DNA of 54,689 nucleotides from a virus (IMGVR_UViG_3300033047_000013:1-54689); one strand, 5' to 3'; shown: positions 1 to 8,984, numbered from the stretch's first letter. Program-made: numbers and translations. The notes: a model not told the origin generated them from the sequence alone.

Positions 1-183
1 CTGCTGCTTATGCTGCTGATGCTGCTGCTTATGCTGCTGATGCTGCTGCTTATGCTACTGATGCTGCTGCTGCTGCTTATGCTGCTGATGCTGCTGCTTA
101 TGCTGCTGCTGCTCGTGCTGCTGCTGCTTATGCTGCTACTACTGCTGCTCGTGCTGCTGCTGCTTATGCTGCTACTGCTGCTG
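1..183 (+). repeat. Low-complexity triplet repeat (GCT interspersed with TAT/GAT/ACT/CGT)
   Basis: Seen directly. Confidence 0.95.
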
Positions 184-248
184 AACGAGAATTACAGCGG
201 AAGGACTTGATTGAAGCCTTTCCACCGCTTTTAACCCCGCCAGCGTAG
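3..248 (+). CDS. Ala-rich C-terminal part (AAYAADAAAY...AAERELQRKDLIEAFPPLLTPPA) of the gene that starts at 54378 and wraps across the window end
   Basis: The frame starting at base 3 is open to TAG 246-248. It matches the paralog tail at 1822-2121 and lies in the -1 frame relative to the N-terminal part if the junction is exact. Confidence 0.55.
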   Translation, partial: AAYAADAAAYAADAAAYATDAAAAAYAADAAAYAAAARAAAAYAATTAARAAAAYAATAAERELQRKDLIEAFPPLLTPPA

Positions 249-256
249 ACACCACC

Positions 257-279
257 ACCCCCATCAATGGAGACACTCA
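257..279 (+). repeat. 23-bp start-associated repeat ACCCCCATCAATGGAGACACTCA; identical copies at 257, 780, 1058, 1485, 2095, 2421, 2672, 2816, 54352
   Basis: Nine exact copies read by eye. Each ends 1-5 nt before an ATG and contains a GGAG SD. Confidence 0.95.
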
Positions 280-282
280 CCA

Positions 283-807
283 ATGCAAGTAACACTTACC
301 AGAGACCAAATGCAGACGGCTTTTTGTGTGTATTCTCACGCAATGGGCGGCGCGGTCGTGTTCCTGGGTATTTGCCAGATCAGAGACGTGTATAACGCGC
401 CTGATGCGCGTAACAACACGGAATGGGTTAAGATGACCGAGAACAACGCACAAGTGACCGTGACCGTCCTACACGCATCTGAGGACGCCAACGAATGCAT
501 AAATCACCGTTACAAACTGTTCAAAGAGCAAGGGACACCACTTTGCAATCAGCGCGGCCAATTTTACGGCAGCGTGTTGACACATGTAAAATGCATAGAG
601 ACGGGCGAGATTTTTGTATCGCAAGCGGATTGTGCGCGTGTGTTAGGGCTTAATAAGTCGCAATTATGCAATCATTTAAACCGTAATGCAGGTTTTAATT
701 CAGTAAAAGGCCGCACGTTCGAGAAATGTGCAGCACCATCAAACCAAGGCGCACACCCCTTCCAGCGTAGACCGCCACAACCCCCATCAATGGAGACACT
801 CACATGA
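283..807 (+). CDS. Hypothetical protein with C-terminal NUMOD1-like HTH DNA-binding motif
   Basis: VKCIETGEIFVSQADCARVLGLNKSQLCNHL motif; SD supplied by the repeat. Confidence 0.6.
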   Translation: MQVTLTRDQMQTAFCVYSHAMGGAVVFLGICQIRDVYNAPDARNNTEWVKMTENNAQVTVTVLHASEDANECINHRYKLFKEQGTPLCNQRGQFYGSVLTHVKCIETGEIFVSQADCARVLGLNKSQLCNHLNRNAGFNSVKGRTFEKCAAPSNQGAHPFQRRPPQPPSMETLT

Positions 808-1087
808 AAGTTCACACTATAGTAATTCGGAATAAATTGAATGGTAAATTCTTGAGTTTAACAGCAGGATATGACACATCATATGTTCGAGAAGGGGATT
901 TTATCGGAATGTTTGAATCGTTGTTGGTTGCTAATTACATTAGATCACAAATGACCAATAAGAACGATTACGAAGTTTATGCAACTGAAAGTGGTAAACC
1001 TATTCGACTAACCCCATCAAACCAAGGCGCACACCCCTTCCAGCGTAGACCGCCACAACCCCCATCAATGGAGACACTCACATGAAA
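736..1087 (+). repeat. Perfect 74-bp direct repeat (736-809 and 1014-1087)
   Basis: Identical text. It gives two adjacent genes the same C-terminus, PSNQGAHPFQRRPPQPPSMETLT. Confidence 0.9.
804..1085 (+). CDS. Hypothetical protein
   Basis: ORF with repeat SD and ATGA coupling. Confidence 0.7.
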   Translation: MKVHTIVIRNKLNGKFLSLTAGYDTSYVREGDFIGMFESLLVANYIRSQMTNKNDYEVYATESGKPIRLTPSNQGAHPFQRRPPQPPSMETLT

Positions 1088-1366
1088 ACCGATTCCCCTA
1101 TTTGCATTCAGTGCAGACCCGTCCAAGACGAAAAAGATTTATGCCCGTCTTGCAACCTAAGACTCGCTGCAATTCGTGCACAATCAAAACCATCTGTAAT
1201 TGAAAGTAAATTAACAGATGCAGAGAAATACCATCAGAATTGTTTACATGACCTACATGTTGAATATAGGCAAAAAGCTAAGGTTCACATAGACGCACTC
1301 AAAGAAATAGCATCATTAAGACCGCCTTTACCTGTATTTGTAGGAGTAAATCATGAGCAGAATTAA
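1082..1366 (+). CDS. Hypothetical protein with CxxC...CxxC zinc-ribbon motif
   Basis: CIQC and CPSC motifs; repeat SD. Confidence 0.65.
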   Translation: MKTDSPICIQCRPVQDEKDLCPSCNLRLAAIRAQSKPSVIESKLTDAEKYHQNCLHDLHVEYRQKAKVHIDALKEIASLRPPLPVFVGVNHEQN

Positions 1367-1514
1367 AGACTATTACTGGTGCAATAGATGTGACGGTATT
1401 CATAGCCATAGCATTTCATGTGCAGACCATCAACTCGAACAAGACGCACGATATAAAGCCTTGCCAGAACCGGACACCACAACAACCCCCATCAATGGAG
1501 ACACTCAATCATGA
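1353..1514 (+). CDS. Small hypothetical protein (53 aa, Cys/His-rich)
   Basis: Manual translation MSRIKDYYWCNRCDGIHSH...; AGGAG SD; stop overlaps the next ATG. Confidence 0.5.
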   Translation: MSRIKDYYWCNRCDGIHSHSISCADHQLEQDARYKALPEPDTTTTPINGDTQS

Positions 1515-2121
1515 CTAAAATAACATTAAAACAAGCGATCGAAGCGGACGCATGTAAGAGCGGCATAGCTTCAATGCGTAAACATCTCAAAAGCATCAAC
1601 ATGCCGGAAACCAGTACGTTTTCGATTGGTGACGTGGCAAAAGGTTGTGATGTTTCAGATGCTTTATGGTGTTTACGGTTCGTAAAAGACCGTAGAACAA
1701 TGATCGCCGCTATCATGCCAAGCGTGATTCGCGCCAGTAAACACACGTCCGATAAGCGAGTACATGAATGCATTAAAGCCCTTCAAGCATGGCTTGCAGG
1801 TGACGACACAATAGACCTCAAACTGCTTATGCTACTGCTACTGCTTATGCTGCTGCTGCTGCTTATGCTACTGCTACTGCTGCTAATGCTGCTGCTGCTT
1901 ATGCTACTGCTACTGCTGCTAATGCTGCTGCTGCTGCTTATGCTACTGCTACTGCTGCTAATGCTGCTACTGCTGCTCGTTCTGCTGCTCGTTCTGCTGC
2001 TTATGCTGCTGCTCGTTCTGCTGCTTATGCTGCTTATGCTGCTGAACGAGAATTACAACGTCAGGACTTGATGAAAGCCTTTCCACCGCTTTTAACCCCC
2101 ATCAATGGAGACACTCACTAA
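1511..2121 (+). CDS. Phage protein with Ala-rich repeat tail. The tail is in the -1 frame; the zero frame gives poly-Leu and ends at 2071.
   Basis: The N-terminus (AC..G...DALWCLR) resembles phage proteins that end in Ala-rich repeats and an ERExQ motif. The Ala frame ends in TAA overlapping the next ATG. Confidence 0.6.
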
Positions 2122-2447
2122 TGGAAGATTTTAACAAACGTATGAACGCTTCAATCGACCTGCTTGCTGAGATCGGCGAGACGGTACATGTCGCAACGCT
2201 TAAAGAAGCCATGAAACGACTGAACACCCCCAACAGCGTAGACGCCGACTCTAAACCTGGCGGGCTTGGTAAAGGTGTGGTGTGTGTCGAGACGGGTAAA
2301 GAGTACGAGTCGCAGCGTCAAGCATGTGTAGACCTTGGTGTGACACCTGCCGCACTATGCCACCATCTAAAAGGTCGGACAGGCTACAAAACAGTTCGCG
2401 GCTATACGTTTACACCTGTGACCCCCATCAATGGAGACACTCAGTAA
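2121..2447 (+). CDS. Hypothetical protein with NUMOD1-like HTH
   Basis: VVCVETGKEYESQRQACVDLGV, similar to the 283-807 C-terminus. Confidence 0.6.
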   Translation: MEDFNKRMNASIDLLAEIGETVHVATLKEAMKRLNTPNSVDADSKPGGLGKGVVCVETGKEYESQRQACVDLGVTPAALCHHLKGRTGYKTVRGYTFTPVTPINGDTQ

Positions 2448-2701
2448 TGTTAACACTTGATAAGAAACATACAGCGCGGATTGTGCGCAATGCTCGTAAA
2501 ACGCTTGGTTGGACGCAAAAGCGGCTTGGTGAAGAATTGCACATACACCTATGTACAATATCTAAAATAGAAACACCTTCACACAAGCAAACAATACGCG
2601 CATCTGACTTCATGTGGTTAATCAACAAAGCCATGTCCCGACCTCAACCAAAACCAATATTTTATAAATACACCCCCATCAATGGAGACACTCAGATATG
2701 A
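2447..2701 (+). CDS. XRE/Cro-type HTH protein
   Basis: RNARKTLGWTQKRLGEELHIHLCTISKIE; start placed at ATG 2447 after the repeat SD. Confidence 0.75.
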   Translation: MLTLDKKHTARIVRNARKTLGWTQKRLGEELHIHLCTISKIETPSHKQTIRASDFMWLINKAMSRPQPKPIFYKYTPINGDTQI

Positions 2702-2790
2702 CCGATAAATTAAAAGACGACCTGCACAGTGGATTTTGGCTCGCAGCTTTTATCACTGTATTCCTCTGTTATATTCTGTCTGGTGTGTGA
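2698..2790 (+). CDS. 30-aa single-TM peptide
   Basis: MTDKLKDDLHSGFWLAAFITVFLCYILSGV follows the repeat SD. Confidence 0.5.
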   Translation: MTDKLKDDLHSGFWLAAFITVFLCYILSGV

Positions 2791-2843
2791 CACCCCATCA
2801 GCGTAGACCACCACAACCCCCATCAATGGAGACACTCAGTAGC

Positions 2844-3438
2844 ATGACACGTAAAGACTTTAATCAAACTGGTGCACTGTCCACAACTAATGAATGGTTG
2901 ACCCCACCGGAGTTGATAGCCGCTCTCGGTGTGTTTGACTTAGATCCGTGTGCGCCACCACCTGAACGTAGACCTTGGAACACTGCGCCGCTTATGTACG
3001 ACGAGAGAATCGATGGACTTAAAACGCCGTGGATAGGTCGTGTGTTTTTAAATCCACCATACGGACCAAATACTTTCACATGGTTAAAAATATTGTCCGA
3101 ACATTCAGGGGGGGGGGATTGCTTTGATTTTTGCTCGCACTGATACAATCGGTTTTCACGCTGAGGTATTCGCAAAAGCTTATAGTATTTTCTTTTTTAA
3201 ATCGCGTCTGAAATTCAACGGGATAATATCGCAATTGGAATTAAACACACCAACCGAAGCAGTACGAAAACGGATAAAAGGTAAGACCTTGAACCGAATT
3301 AATGCTGATTACTCATGGTTCAAAGGTGACGCTGCAAACGCTCCAAGCTGTTTAATCTCTTACACTCATGACGATTCTCAAATTATAAACGATGCTTTTA
3401 ATCGCGGTGACATCAAAGGATGTCATGTAATTTTATAA
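2844..3438 (+). pseudogene. Phage DNA N6-adenine methyltransferase (Dam-like), frameshifted at a G10 tract (3108-3117)
   Basis: EWLTPP, FDLDPCA, DGL..PW, VFLNPPY motifs. G9 restores HSGGGIALIFARTDT and fuses the two ORFs. Confidence 0.8.
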
Positions 3439-3439
3439 C

Positions 3440-3739
3440 TCACTCGTCCCACATGATTAAAACTTCCGTTTGACCGTTATAAACATCTCTTTTGGCATCG
3501 ACTTCGTTAACCGTTCTGATTTCAAACCTTACATTGTCTCCAACTAATATAGAGAAAAATCCACCATTTTCATCGACATGGTGCGTTCGTGTTTGCAACC
3601 CTAAATCTGCTAAAGCCTTTAAAATGGGTATAGCTTTTTTATTCGCAACAAACTCACCGTTCCCAAAAGTTACAATTTCATGGTCTTTTGTCAATTCGTG
3701 ATGATGATTAACATGTTTATATTTATCCGAAGCTTTCAT
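3440..3739 (-). CDS. Hypothetical protein
   Basis: ORF abuts the primase stop. Confidence 0.65.
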   Translation of the reverse strand: MKASDKYKHVNHHHELTKDHEIVTFGNGEFVANKKAIPILKALADLGLQTRTHHVDENGGFFSILVGDNVRFEIRTVNEVDAKRDVYNGQTEVLIMWDE

Positions 3740-6130
3740 CTATTCATATCCCTGAGCACGACCGAATGCATTAATATCAGAAGTCCGGTCGATGTGATAC
3801 AACTCTGACTTTGATTCAGCACCTTCTTGAAAGTATGCACGCGGGGATCTACCGAGTGGTTTATATCCAAGGCTTTCACAAATATTACTCACTGCACGGT
3901 TTGATATGCGTTTCATTCCGAGTTCTTTGACGCGCCTATGGACGGCTAAACTGCTCACCCATCCGGCGCAGAACCCTGGTATAGCGTCTTCAACAGCATC
4001 ATATATCAATTGCTCCATTGGTGTCCGGCTAATCCTGATAGCTTCATCAGTGCTCGACGTGTGCGGTGCTCGCATAGGGATGTCACCGCGTTCAATCGGA
4101 TAATTCCATAGATAGTTGGCAATTATAGCCGTACCGTCCGCATCCATCCAATCGTATAATTCTTTGAAATATGCATCGTTCATTCCAAGTCGTATTAAAT
4201 CTTCATATGTTTGTATTTCGAGATAATATACAGCAAAACGGCGGTCATTTTTGGTCGTGGGAATGGCGTCTTTAAAGTTGGAAAAGAACCCCCAATTCGC
4301 CCAATTATCTTCAACCTCTTGGTCTTGACCCTTGGCCTGAACCTCAATTTCTTGCTCGGTTATCATTGGCTTGAGAACTTCGATCATATCGCGGCGGTCA
4401 TCGACTTTGATTTCATCTGCCAGAATGAACAATTTACCGCGCATCCAAGCATTGAATTTTGCACCACTGTCGGCCAAGTCTTTAGCGTTCGGGAAATGCG
4501 TATAAGACCTGCCAATGGAATGTCGTATAATGCGTTTGAACACACCTTTACCCGCACCCTGCTCCGATTGTAACAGCCAAGCCCAAGGAATTTTAAACCC
4601 TGGATATTTTACATTATGAGCAAGGTTGTCCAAGAAGTTTTTTTGGTCGGACTTATCCGGCATTATCAAATCTAAATGACGGTCGAATAGATAAGTGCTA
4701 CCTTCCACGCGCCGCACAATTTGCGGTTTATACGTGTTGATACCTTCCCGTCCGAGTTCATCTTTGATAATCTCACCGAAAGATTGGGACGGCATAAATC
4801 TTATATGGTCGGCCTTGGGAACCTGCCACAGCGTAGACCGCGTAGCGGCTTGCCAAGGCTCGTTGATAAGTTTACCGACCGAATCGATTATGAATTTCTT
4901 ACCGCCGAATTGTGCGTTAAATTGTGATGAATTTAAGAAGCGTACATCTTCGGTCAACATTTTACCAAGGTTGGTGACATAGGTGCATCCTTTAAACCAT
5001 TCCTTTTGTTCAAGGTCACTGAGGATTTCACCACTGCAATCCAACACAGGCGGTTTGCTCAAATCTGGTTGCTCTATGGTAACTGCACCTCGGCTGCATT
5101 GAATACCTTCCGGTGCTTCAACATCACCCATCGGCATAGCGGGAACAGATGGTGTGACAGCAGCTTTAGCTTTTTGTTCACCGAATAACATTTGAGCCTT
5201 AAGTGCGGGCGTCCGACTGACAATAGATTTCCAACCAAGTTCGGTTTCTCGTATGCTTTCCCAATGTTTCAGGTTTTCAGCAACATCATTGTCTTCATAT
5301 CCAGCGCACCACTGCGACCATAAATCATACATATATTCAGGTGTCGCCAGCGTAGACCCCGCTTGTTTGACAGCCGCCATAAGCGCAATCCACTCGCTGT
5401 GCTCTAAATTGTTCGGATCTGTGACTTGTAGAGCGTATATGAGCCATTCCAGTGACGGAGCCGCTAGGTCTGGTTCACCGAGTGGTTTACGGCTCCCTGC
5501 ACCTTCTATGACGTTCACAGCACCCAATGCTTGTTCAAGTGTGCTGACGTTATATTGGAAACCGTGTGCTGCAAGCGGGATAAACGTTACCATGTGCGGA
5601 TTGGTCGGGTCTTTTAAATGCAGTGTACCTGGAAGGCGCATGACGCGGGACGCATCTACAATGGATTTATCACCGTCGAACAGTTGACGTAATTTACGCT
5701 GTAATAATGTAAAGTATTCATTACCAGCGTAGGGTTCGACAGACCAATAAACGTGAAATTTGTTAGGGCTGGTCTGTACTGCAAAACTCGGTGCAGGTTG
5801 CCACTCGGTTGCGCGGTGATAATTCTGCAAAGCTGAGAGATTGTCCAAGTCGATATATTGTGCGCGAATACCAGAGACATTTTCAAGGCGGTAAATCGGT
5901 CTACCTCTGTCGTCTATTTTGTCACCGATCATATTTGCGTTAACAAACATGCCGTAACCTTGTTCCTGATATTGGACTATGGACGGCCAAACATCAGCGA
6001 GTAGACCGCGAAACGGTATAGCCGGAATGTCTTTTCTGACACCGTGAATAGCCCTAAAATCGACCACACTTGTTTCAGGTGGACCAACGAGCGCAGCTAT
6101 AAAAGCATATGATTGATTATAGTCTTGCAT
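3740..6130 (-). CDS. Primase-helicase (RepB-like primase, PriCT-2-like, DUF5906/SF3-like helicase)
   Basis: YIDLD, TSPNKFHVYW, RVMRLPGTLHLK; Walker A QGAGKG and ILADE. Confidence 0.85.
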   Translation of the reverse strand: MQDYNQSYAFIAALVGPPETSVVDFRAIHGVRKDIPAIPFRGLLADVWPSIVQYQEQGYGMFVNANMIGDKIDDRGRPIYRLENVSGIRAQYIDLDNLSALQNYHRATEWQPAPSFAVQTSPNKFHVYWSVEPYAGNEYFTLLQRKLRQLFDGDKSIVDASRVMRLPGTLHLKDPTNPHMVTFIPLAAHGFQYNVSTLEQALGAVNVIEGAGSRKPLGEPDLAAPSLEWLIYALQVTDPNNLEHSEWIALMAAVKQAGSTLATPEYMYDLWSQWCAGYEDNDVAENLKHWESIRETELGWKSIVSRTPALKAQMLFGEQKAKAAVTPSVPAMPMGDVEAPEGIQCSRGAVTIEQPDLSKPPVLDCSGEILSDLEQKEWFKGCTYVTNLGKMLTEDVRFLNSSQFNAQFGGKKFIIDSVGKLINEPWQAATRSTLWQVPKADHIRFMPSQSFGEIIKDELGREGINTYKPQIVRRVEGSTYLFDRHLDLIMPDKSDQKNFLDNLAHNVKYPGFKIPWAWLLQSEQGAGKGVFKRIIRHSIGRSYTHFPNAKDLADSGAKFNAWMRGKLFILADEIKVDDRRDMIEVLKPMITEQEIEVQAKGQDQEVEDNWANWGFFSNFKDAIPTTKNDRRFAVYYLEIQTYEDLIRLGMNDAYFKELYDWMDADGTAIIANYLWNYPIERGDIPMRAPHTSSTDEAIRISRTPMEQLIYDAVEDAIPGFCAGWVSSLAVHRRVKELGMKRISNRAVSNICESLGYKPLGRSPRAYFQEGAESKSELYHIDRTSDINAFGRAQGYE

Positions 6131-6855
6131 TATTTGTGAGCGCCCACACGACCTAACGCACTATAATAATAACCCGCGTCTTTCTCTATACAAATTGACC
6201 GACGATTTGTATTGATTGCTGCAATAGCAGTTGTGCCGGAACCTGAACAATTATCAAGAACCATATCACCTTCGTTGGTGTATGTTTTGATAAGGTATTC
6301 AAACAAATCTGCTGGTTTTTGTGTTGGATGGTCGGGTTTATTTACATGGTTGAAATGCTGTACGGTTCTCGGATAGCGTAAACCTTTGTTGTCGTTTCTG
6401 TTAGACTTATATTCGCCATAATTTCTGTTATTTGATTTGCCTGGTCTGGCTTTGTACGGTTCACCTATAACCATTTGCGGATTATAAACACACTGTTTGC
6501 GATAGAATACGAGTATGTTTTCGTGCGCTTTCATGGGTTGTTTTTTGCTATTGAGATGCCCAGTAGCTTTTGGTTTCTCCCATATCCATTCATATTTCAT
6601 GTATTTAATTTGTGAAGCACCGAGAACTTTATCAAACGGTGTTTGAGCAGTCAAAACAACAGCACCATTAGGTTTTAGAACACGCCAGTAATGTTTCCAA
6701 AGTGGTTCAAACGAGATAATTACGTCCCATTTATTTTGAGTTGTTCCATATGGTAAATCACATAGAACCATGTCTACCGACCCATCGGGAATACCCACCA
6801 TAACTTCTAAACAGTCACCGAGTAACATATTTTGACCTTGGACAATCATGCTCAA
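6130..6855 (-). CDS. DNA methyltransferase, N6_N4 family (beta class)
   Basis: DLPY, HPTQKP, VLDNCSGSGTT. Confidence 0.9.
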   Translation of the reverse strand: MSMIVQGQNMLLGDCLEVMVGIPDGSVDMVLCDLPYGTTQNKWDVIISFEPLWKHYWRVLKPNGAVVLTAQTPFDKVLGASQIKYMKYEWIWEKPKATGHLNSKKQPMKAHENILVFYRKQCVYNPQMVIGEPYKARPGKSNNRNYGEYKSNRNDNKGLRYPRTVQHFNHVNKPDHPTQKPADLFEYLIKTYTNEGDMVLDNCSGSGTTAIAAINTNRRSICIEKDAGYYYSALGRVGAHK

Positions 6856-7103
6856 TACTCCCCTTTAATCCATGCATCTATATCGGTTTTTCGATACCTT
6901 GGTGGTTTTGAACCAGGTATTTGAAGCACCGGAAACCGTCCATCCGTCTTCATGTTATAAAGCGTCCGCTTTTTGATGTTGGTTGCAAGCGCAATTTGTG
7001 TGAGAGTCATTGTTTCAATATTTATCATGCAGGTGGTATCAATGTTTAATCTATTTATGTCAATAAATATTTTGCACGTTTTTGCACATTTATCATTTGA
7101 CAC
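6852..7103 (-). CDS. AlpA/excisionase-like HTH protein (start may be downstream)
   Basis: MTLTQIALATNIKKRTLYNMKTDGRFP...RYRKTDIDAWI. Confidence 0.7.
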   Translation of the reverse strand: MSNDKCAKTCKIFIDINRLNIDTTCMINIETMTLTQIALATNIKKRTLYNMKTDGRFPVLQIPGSKPPRYRKTDIDAWIKGEY

Positions 7104-7114
7104 ATTGTTTGACA
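7097..7114 (+). promoter_or_regulatory. Conserved tandem-TTGACA promoter/operator TTGACACATTRTTWGACW; also at 36634(+), 44951-44968(-), 46720(+), 54318(+)
   Basis: Five near-identical copies, each upstream of a co-oriented gene start. Confidence 0.75.
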
Positions 7115-7272
7115 GGGGTTAGAGATGGTTTATGAAAAACAATGTAACAAATAGTTTTGATACTTTAATAAGGTTTCAACTTACGGCAATGGCTGCGACG
7201 GATGACATTAATAAACAAAAAATACAGAGAGAGATTAACAAATGACCATAAATGCTTCACGGAGCCTGACAA

Positions 7273-7425
7273 ATGATTAGTATATTAATTAACATAATTG
7301 GTTGCGTGTTGTGCATGTTAGGATTTATCTTAATGGGTAACAGTCGCATGGAAGCCGAACCATTTCTTGCATTTATTTTTGGGTTCATAGGTGCGATAGG
7401 ATGCATTATTTTAATATTAAACTAA
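7273..7425 (+). CDS. Small two-TM membrane protein (50 aa)
   Basis: Manual translation MISILINIIGCVLCMLGFILM...; GGAG SD. Confidence 0.5.
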   Translation: MISILINIIGCVLCMLGFILMGNSRMEAEPFLAFIFGFIGAIGCIILILN

Positions 7426-7434
7426 GGATAAATC

Positions 7435-8058
7435 ATGACCACCACACTCACAAAAGACATGCCCGTCCAATTCAACAACGCGGTCAGAACAGTCACAGTC
7501 AAATCAATTCCTAAAGAGATGTTTGACGAACAGGCTGAAAAACAATGTTTCAATTGTCACGGTGTATCACTTGAAAAAACTCATGAACTCGGTGGGTTCA
7601 CCGCTGTTGAAGCAATTTGTGTTCTTTCAAATGTCATAAGTTTAAGCATGTCATATGACGAAGCACACTTAATACTGGACGGTATGATTCGTCGGTGGGA
7701 ATCGCAGCAGACGATTGTTGCTGATTACGCTGAATCACACCGATTGCAAGCAGAAGAAATCGAAGAATTGCAACACATGTTGGATCACCGAGATAAAACA
7801 CTTGACATGGTTCGGTTGGGCATTGCTAAACATGTTTTACCGAGTTTGATTGGACCACTCTCTAAAATAGCTTTTAGTGACCCGTCTAATGAGAGCGTTG
7901 CCAAAGAAGCCCTCAGATACGCAGATGCTTTAATTGAACAAGGAAAAACCAATGACCAAAAACAAAACACGTACACCAAAACCTGTCGATACTCATGTTG
8001 GATTACGCATTCGGATGCGCCGACAAATCATGAAAATGAGCCAAGAAGTGCTTGGTGA
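7435..8058 (+). CDS. Hypothetical protein
   Basis: AAGGA SD; 3' end overlaps the XRE gene. Confidence 0.6.
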   Translation: MTTTLTKDMPVQFNNAVRTVTVKSIPKEMFDEQAEKQCFNCHGVSLEKTHELGGFTAVEAICVLSNVISLSMSYDEAHLILDGMIRRWESQQTIVADYAESHRLQAEEIEELQHMLDHRDKTLDMVRLGIAKHVLPSLIGPLSKIAFSDPSNESVAKEALRYADALIEQGKTNDQKQNTYTKTCRYSCWITHSDAPTNHENEPRSAW

Positions 8059-8359
8059 CATGCTTGGTATAAGTTTCCAACAGGTACAAAAATACGAGAA
8101 AGGCATGAACCGTGTCAGCGCGTCTCGTTTGTGGGAAATGTCCAAAGCTTTAAAAGTTCCGGTGCAATACTTCTATGAAGGTTTGCAATATGACGGAAAA
8201 TTAAAAACTATAGATGCCAAGTCGGACGCAACGGGTATTCTCATAGAGGAATTTATTGACAGCCATGACGGTATCAAATTTCTAACATCTGTGTCAGGTA
8301 TCAAAGACAAAGCAATCCGGCAACAGGTTTTAGACCTCGTTAGAGCGTTGTCGTTATGA
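7952..8359 (+). CDS. XRE-family transcriptional regulator (alphaproteobacterial type)
   Basis: VDTHVGLRIRMRR...SQEVLG...SFQQVQKYEKGMNRVSASRL. Confidence 0.9.
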   Translation: MTKNKTRTPKPVDTHVGLRIRMRRQIMKMSQEVLGDMLGISFQQVQKYEKGMNRVSASRLWEMSKALKVPVQYFYEGLQYDGKLKTIDAKSDATGILIEEFIDSHDGIKFLTSVSGIKDKAIRQQVLDLVRALSL

Positions 8360-8553
8360 CCCAATTTTACGCAGGTAAACACGGAAATCGCAAAGCAACC
8401 GTTCAACATGATAAAAATAAACAATCAGGGGAATATCCGACACCTCTCGAAGCGATTGAAAAAGCATGTGAGATGACAGATTCACAGGAAGCACATCTCT
8501 ATTTACAAGCGTGGCAATACGGTGATGAATTGTCTGATTTTGACCGTGTTTGA
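8356..8553 (+). CDS. Hypothetical protein
   Basis: ATGA-coupled ORF. Confidence 0.55.
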   Translation: MTQFYAGKHGNRKATVQHDKNKQSGEYPTPLEAIEKACEMTDSQEAHLYLQAWQYGDELSDFDRV

Positions 8554-8830
8554 CCTGTTCCAAAGACTCGGATGGGGTTCCAAGGTTGAGACCGAGCGGC
8601 GTATTAGAATACGACTGAGCCTTGCTGCTCTCGCATATGAAACAGACCGACCGTTGACCATGACTGACGCCGAATTTGATGCACTGGCGCTACAGTCCGA
8701 CCCATCAGTGAGGACAGGTCGATTAGATGATTGGTGGGTAAAAGAGTTCTCACCGCATACAGGTCAATGGGTTCACACACATCCTGAATTAGATAAATTG
8801 GAGAAATGTTACAATGAATGTTATACTTAA
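8522..8830 (+). CDS. Small protein resembling the N-terminal Ia subdomain of NAD-dependent DNA ligase
   Basis: LAALAYE..RPLTMTDAEFDAL. Confidence 0.55.
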   Translation: MMNCLILTVFDLFQRLGWGSKVETERRIRIRLSLAALAYETDRPLTMTDAEFDALALQSDPSVRTGRLDDWWVKEFSPHTGQWVHTHPELDKLEKCYNECYT

Positions 8831-8984
8831 ACTGGTGATAGCAATACCTTTAATCGCAGCAATCTTTATAATCTGCACCTTGATTTCAATAACCTATCCA
8901 AATGTACAATCAACAGCAATGACGATTTACGGTGGAATTTTGATGTTATTATCTATATGGGTTTCTCGCACGTCAGATGATTAA
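8814..8984 (+). CDS. Small two-TM membrane protein (56 aa)
   Basis: Manual translation MNVILKLVIAIPLIAAIFIIC...; GGAG SD. Confidence 0.45.
   Translation: MNVILKLVIAIPLIAAIFIICTLISITYPNVQSTAMTIYGGILMLLSIWVSRTSDD

Noticed and set aside
10-210. Standalone 66-aa poly-Leu protein
   Set aside because: No SD. It is a reading of the GCT repeat that belongs to the gene wrapping from 54378.
1-2121. Paralogous variable tails as a diversity-generating retroelement
   Set aside because: No reverse transcriptase gene; the differences are repeat-unit changes, not adenine-specific substitutions
257-2838. 23-bp repeats as a CRISPR array
   Set aside because: Intervals are about 120-590 bp, irregular and protein-coding; no cas operon
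2324-2843. Upstream extensions of ORFs 2324-2701 and 2736-3143
   Set aside because: Better starts at 2447 and 2844 directly follow the SD-containing repeat
6852-8359. Lysogeny module (AlpA plus XRE)
   Set aside because: No integrase, ParA or att site recognised; lifestyle cannot be called temperate
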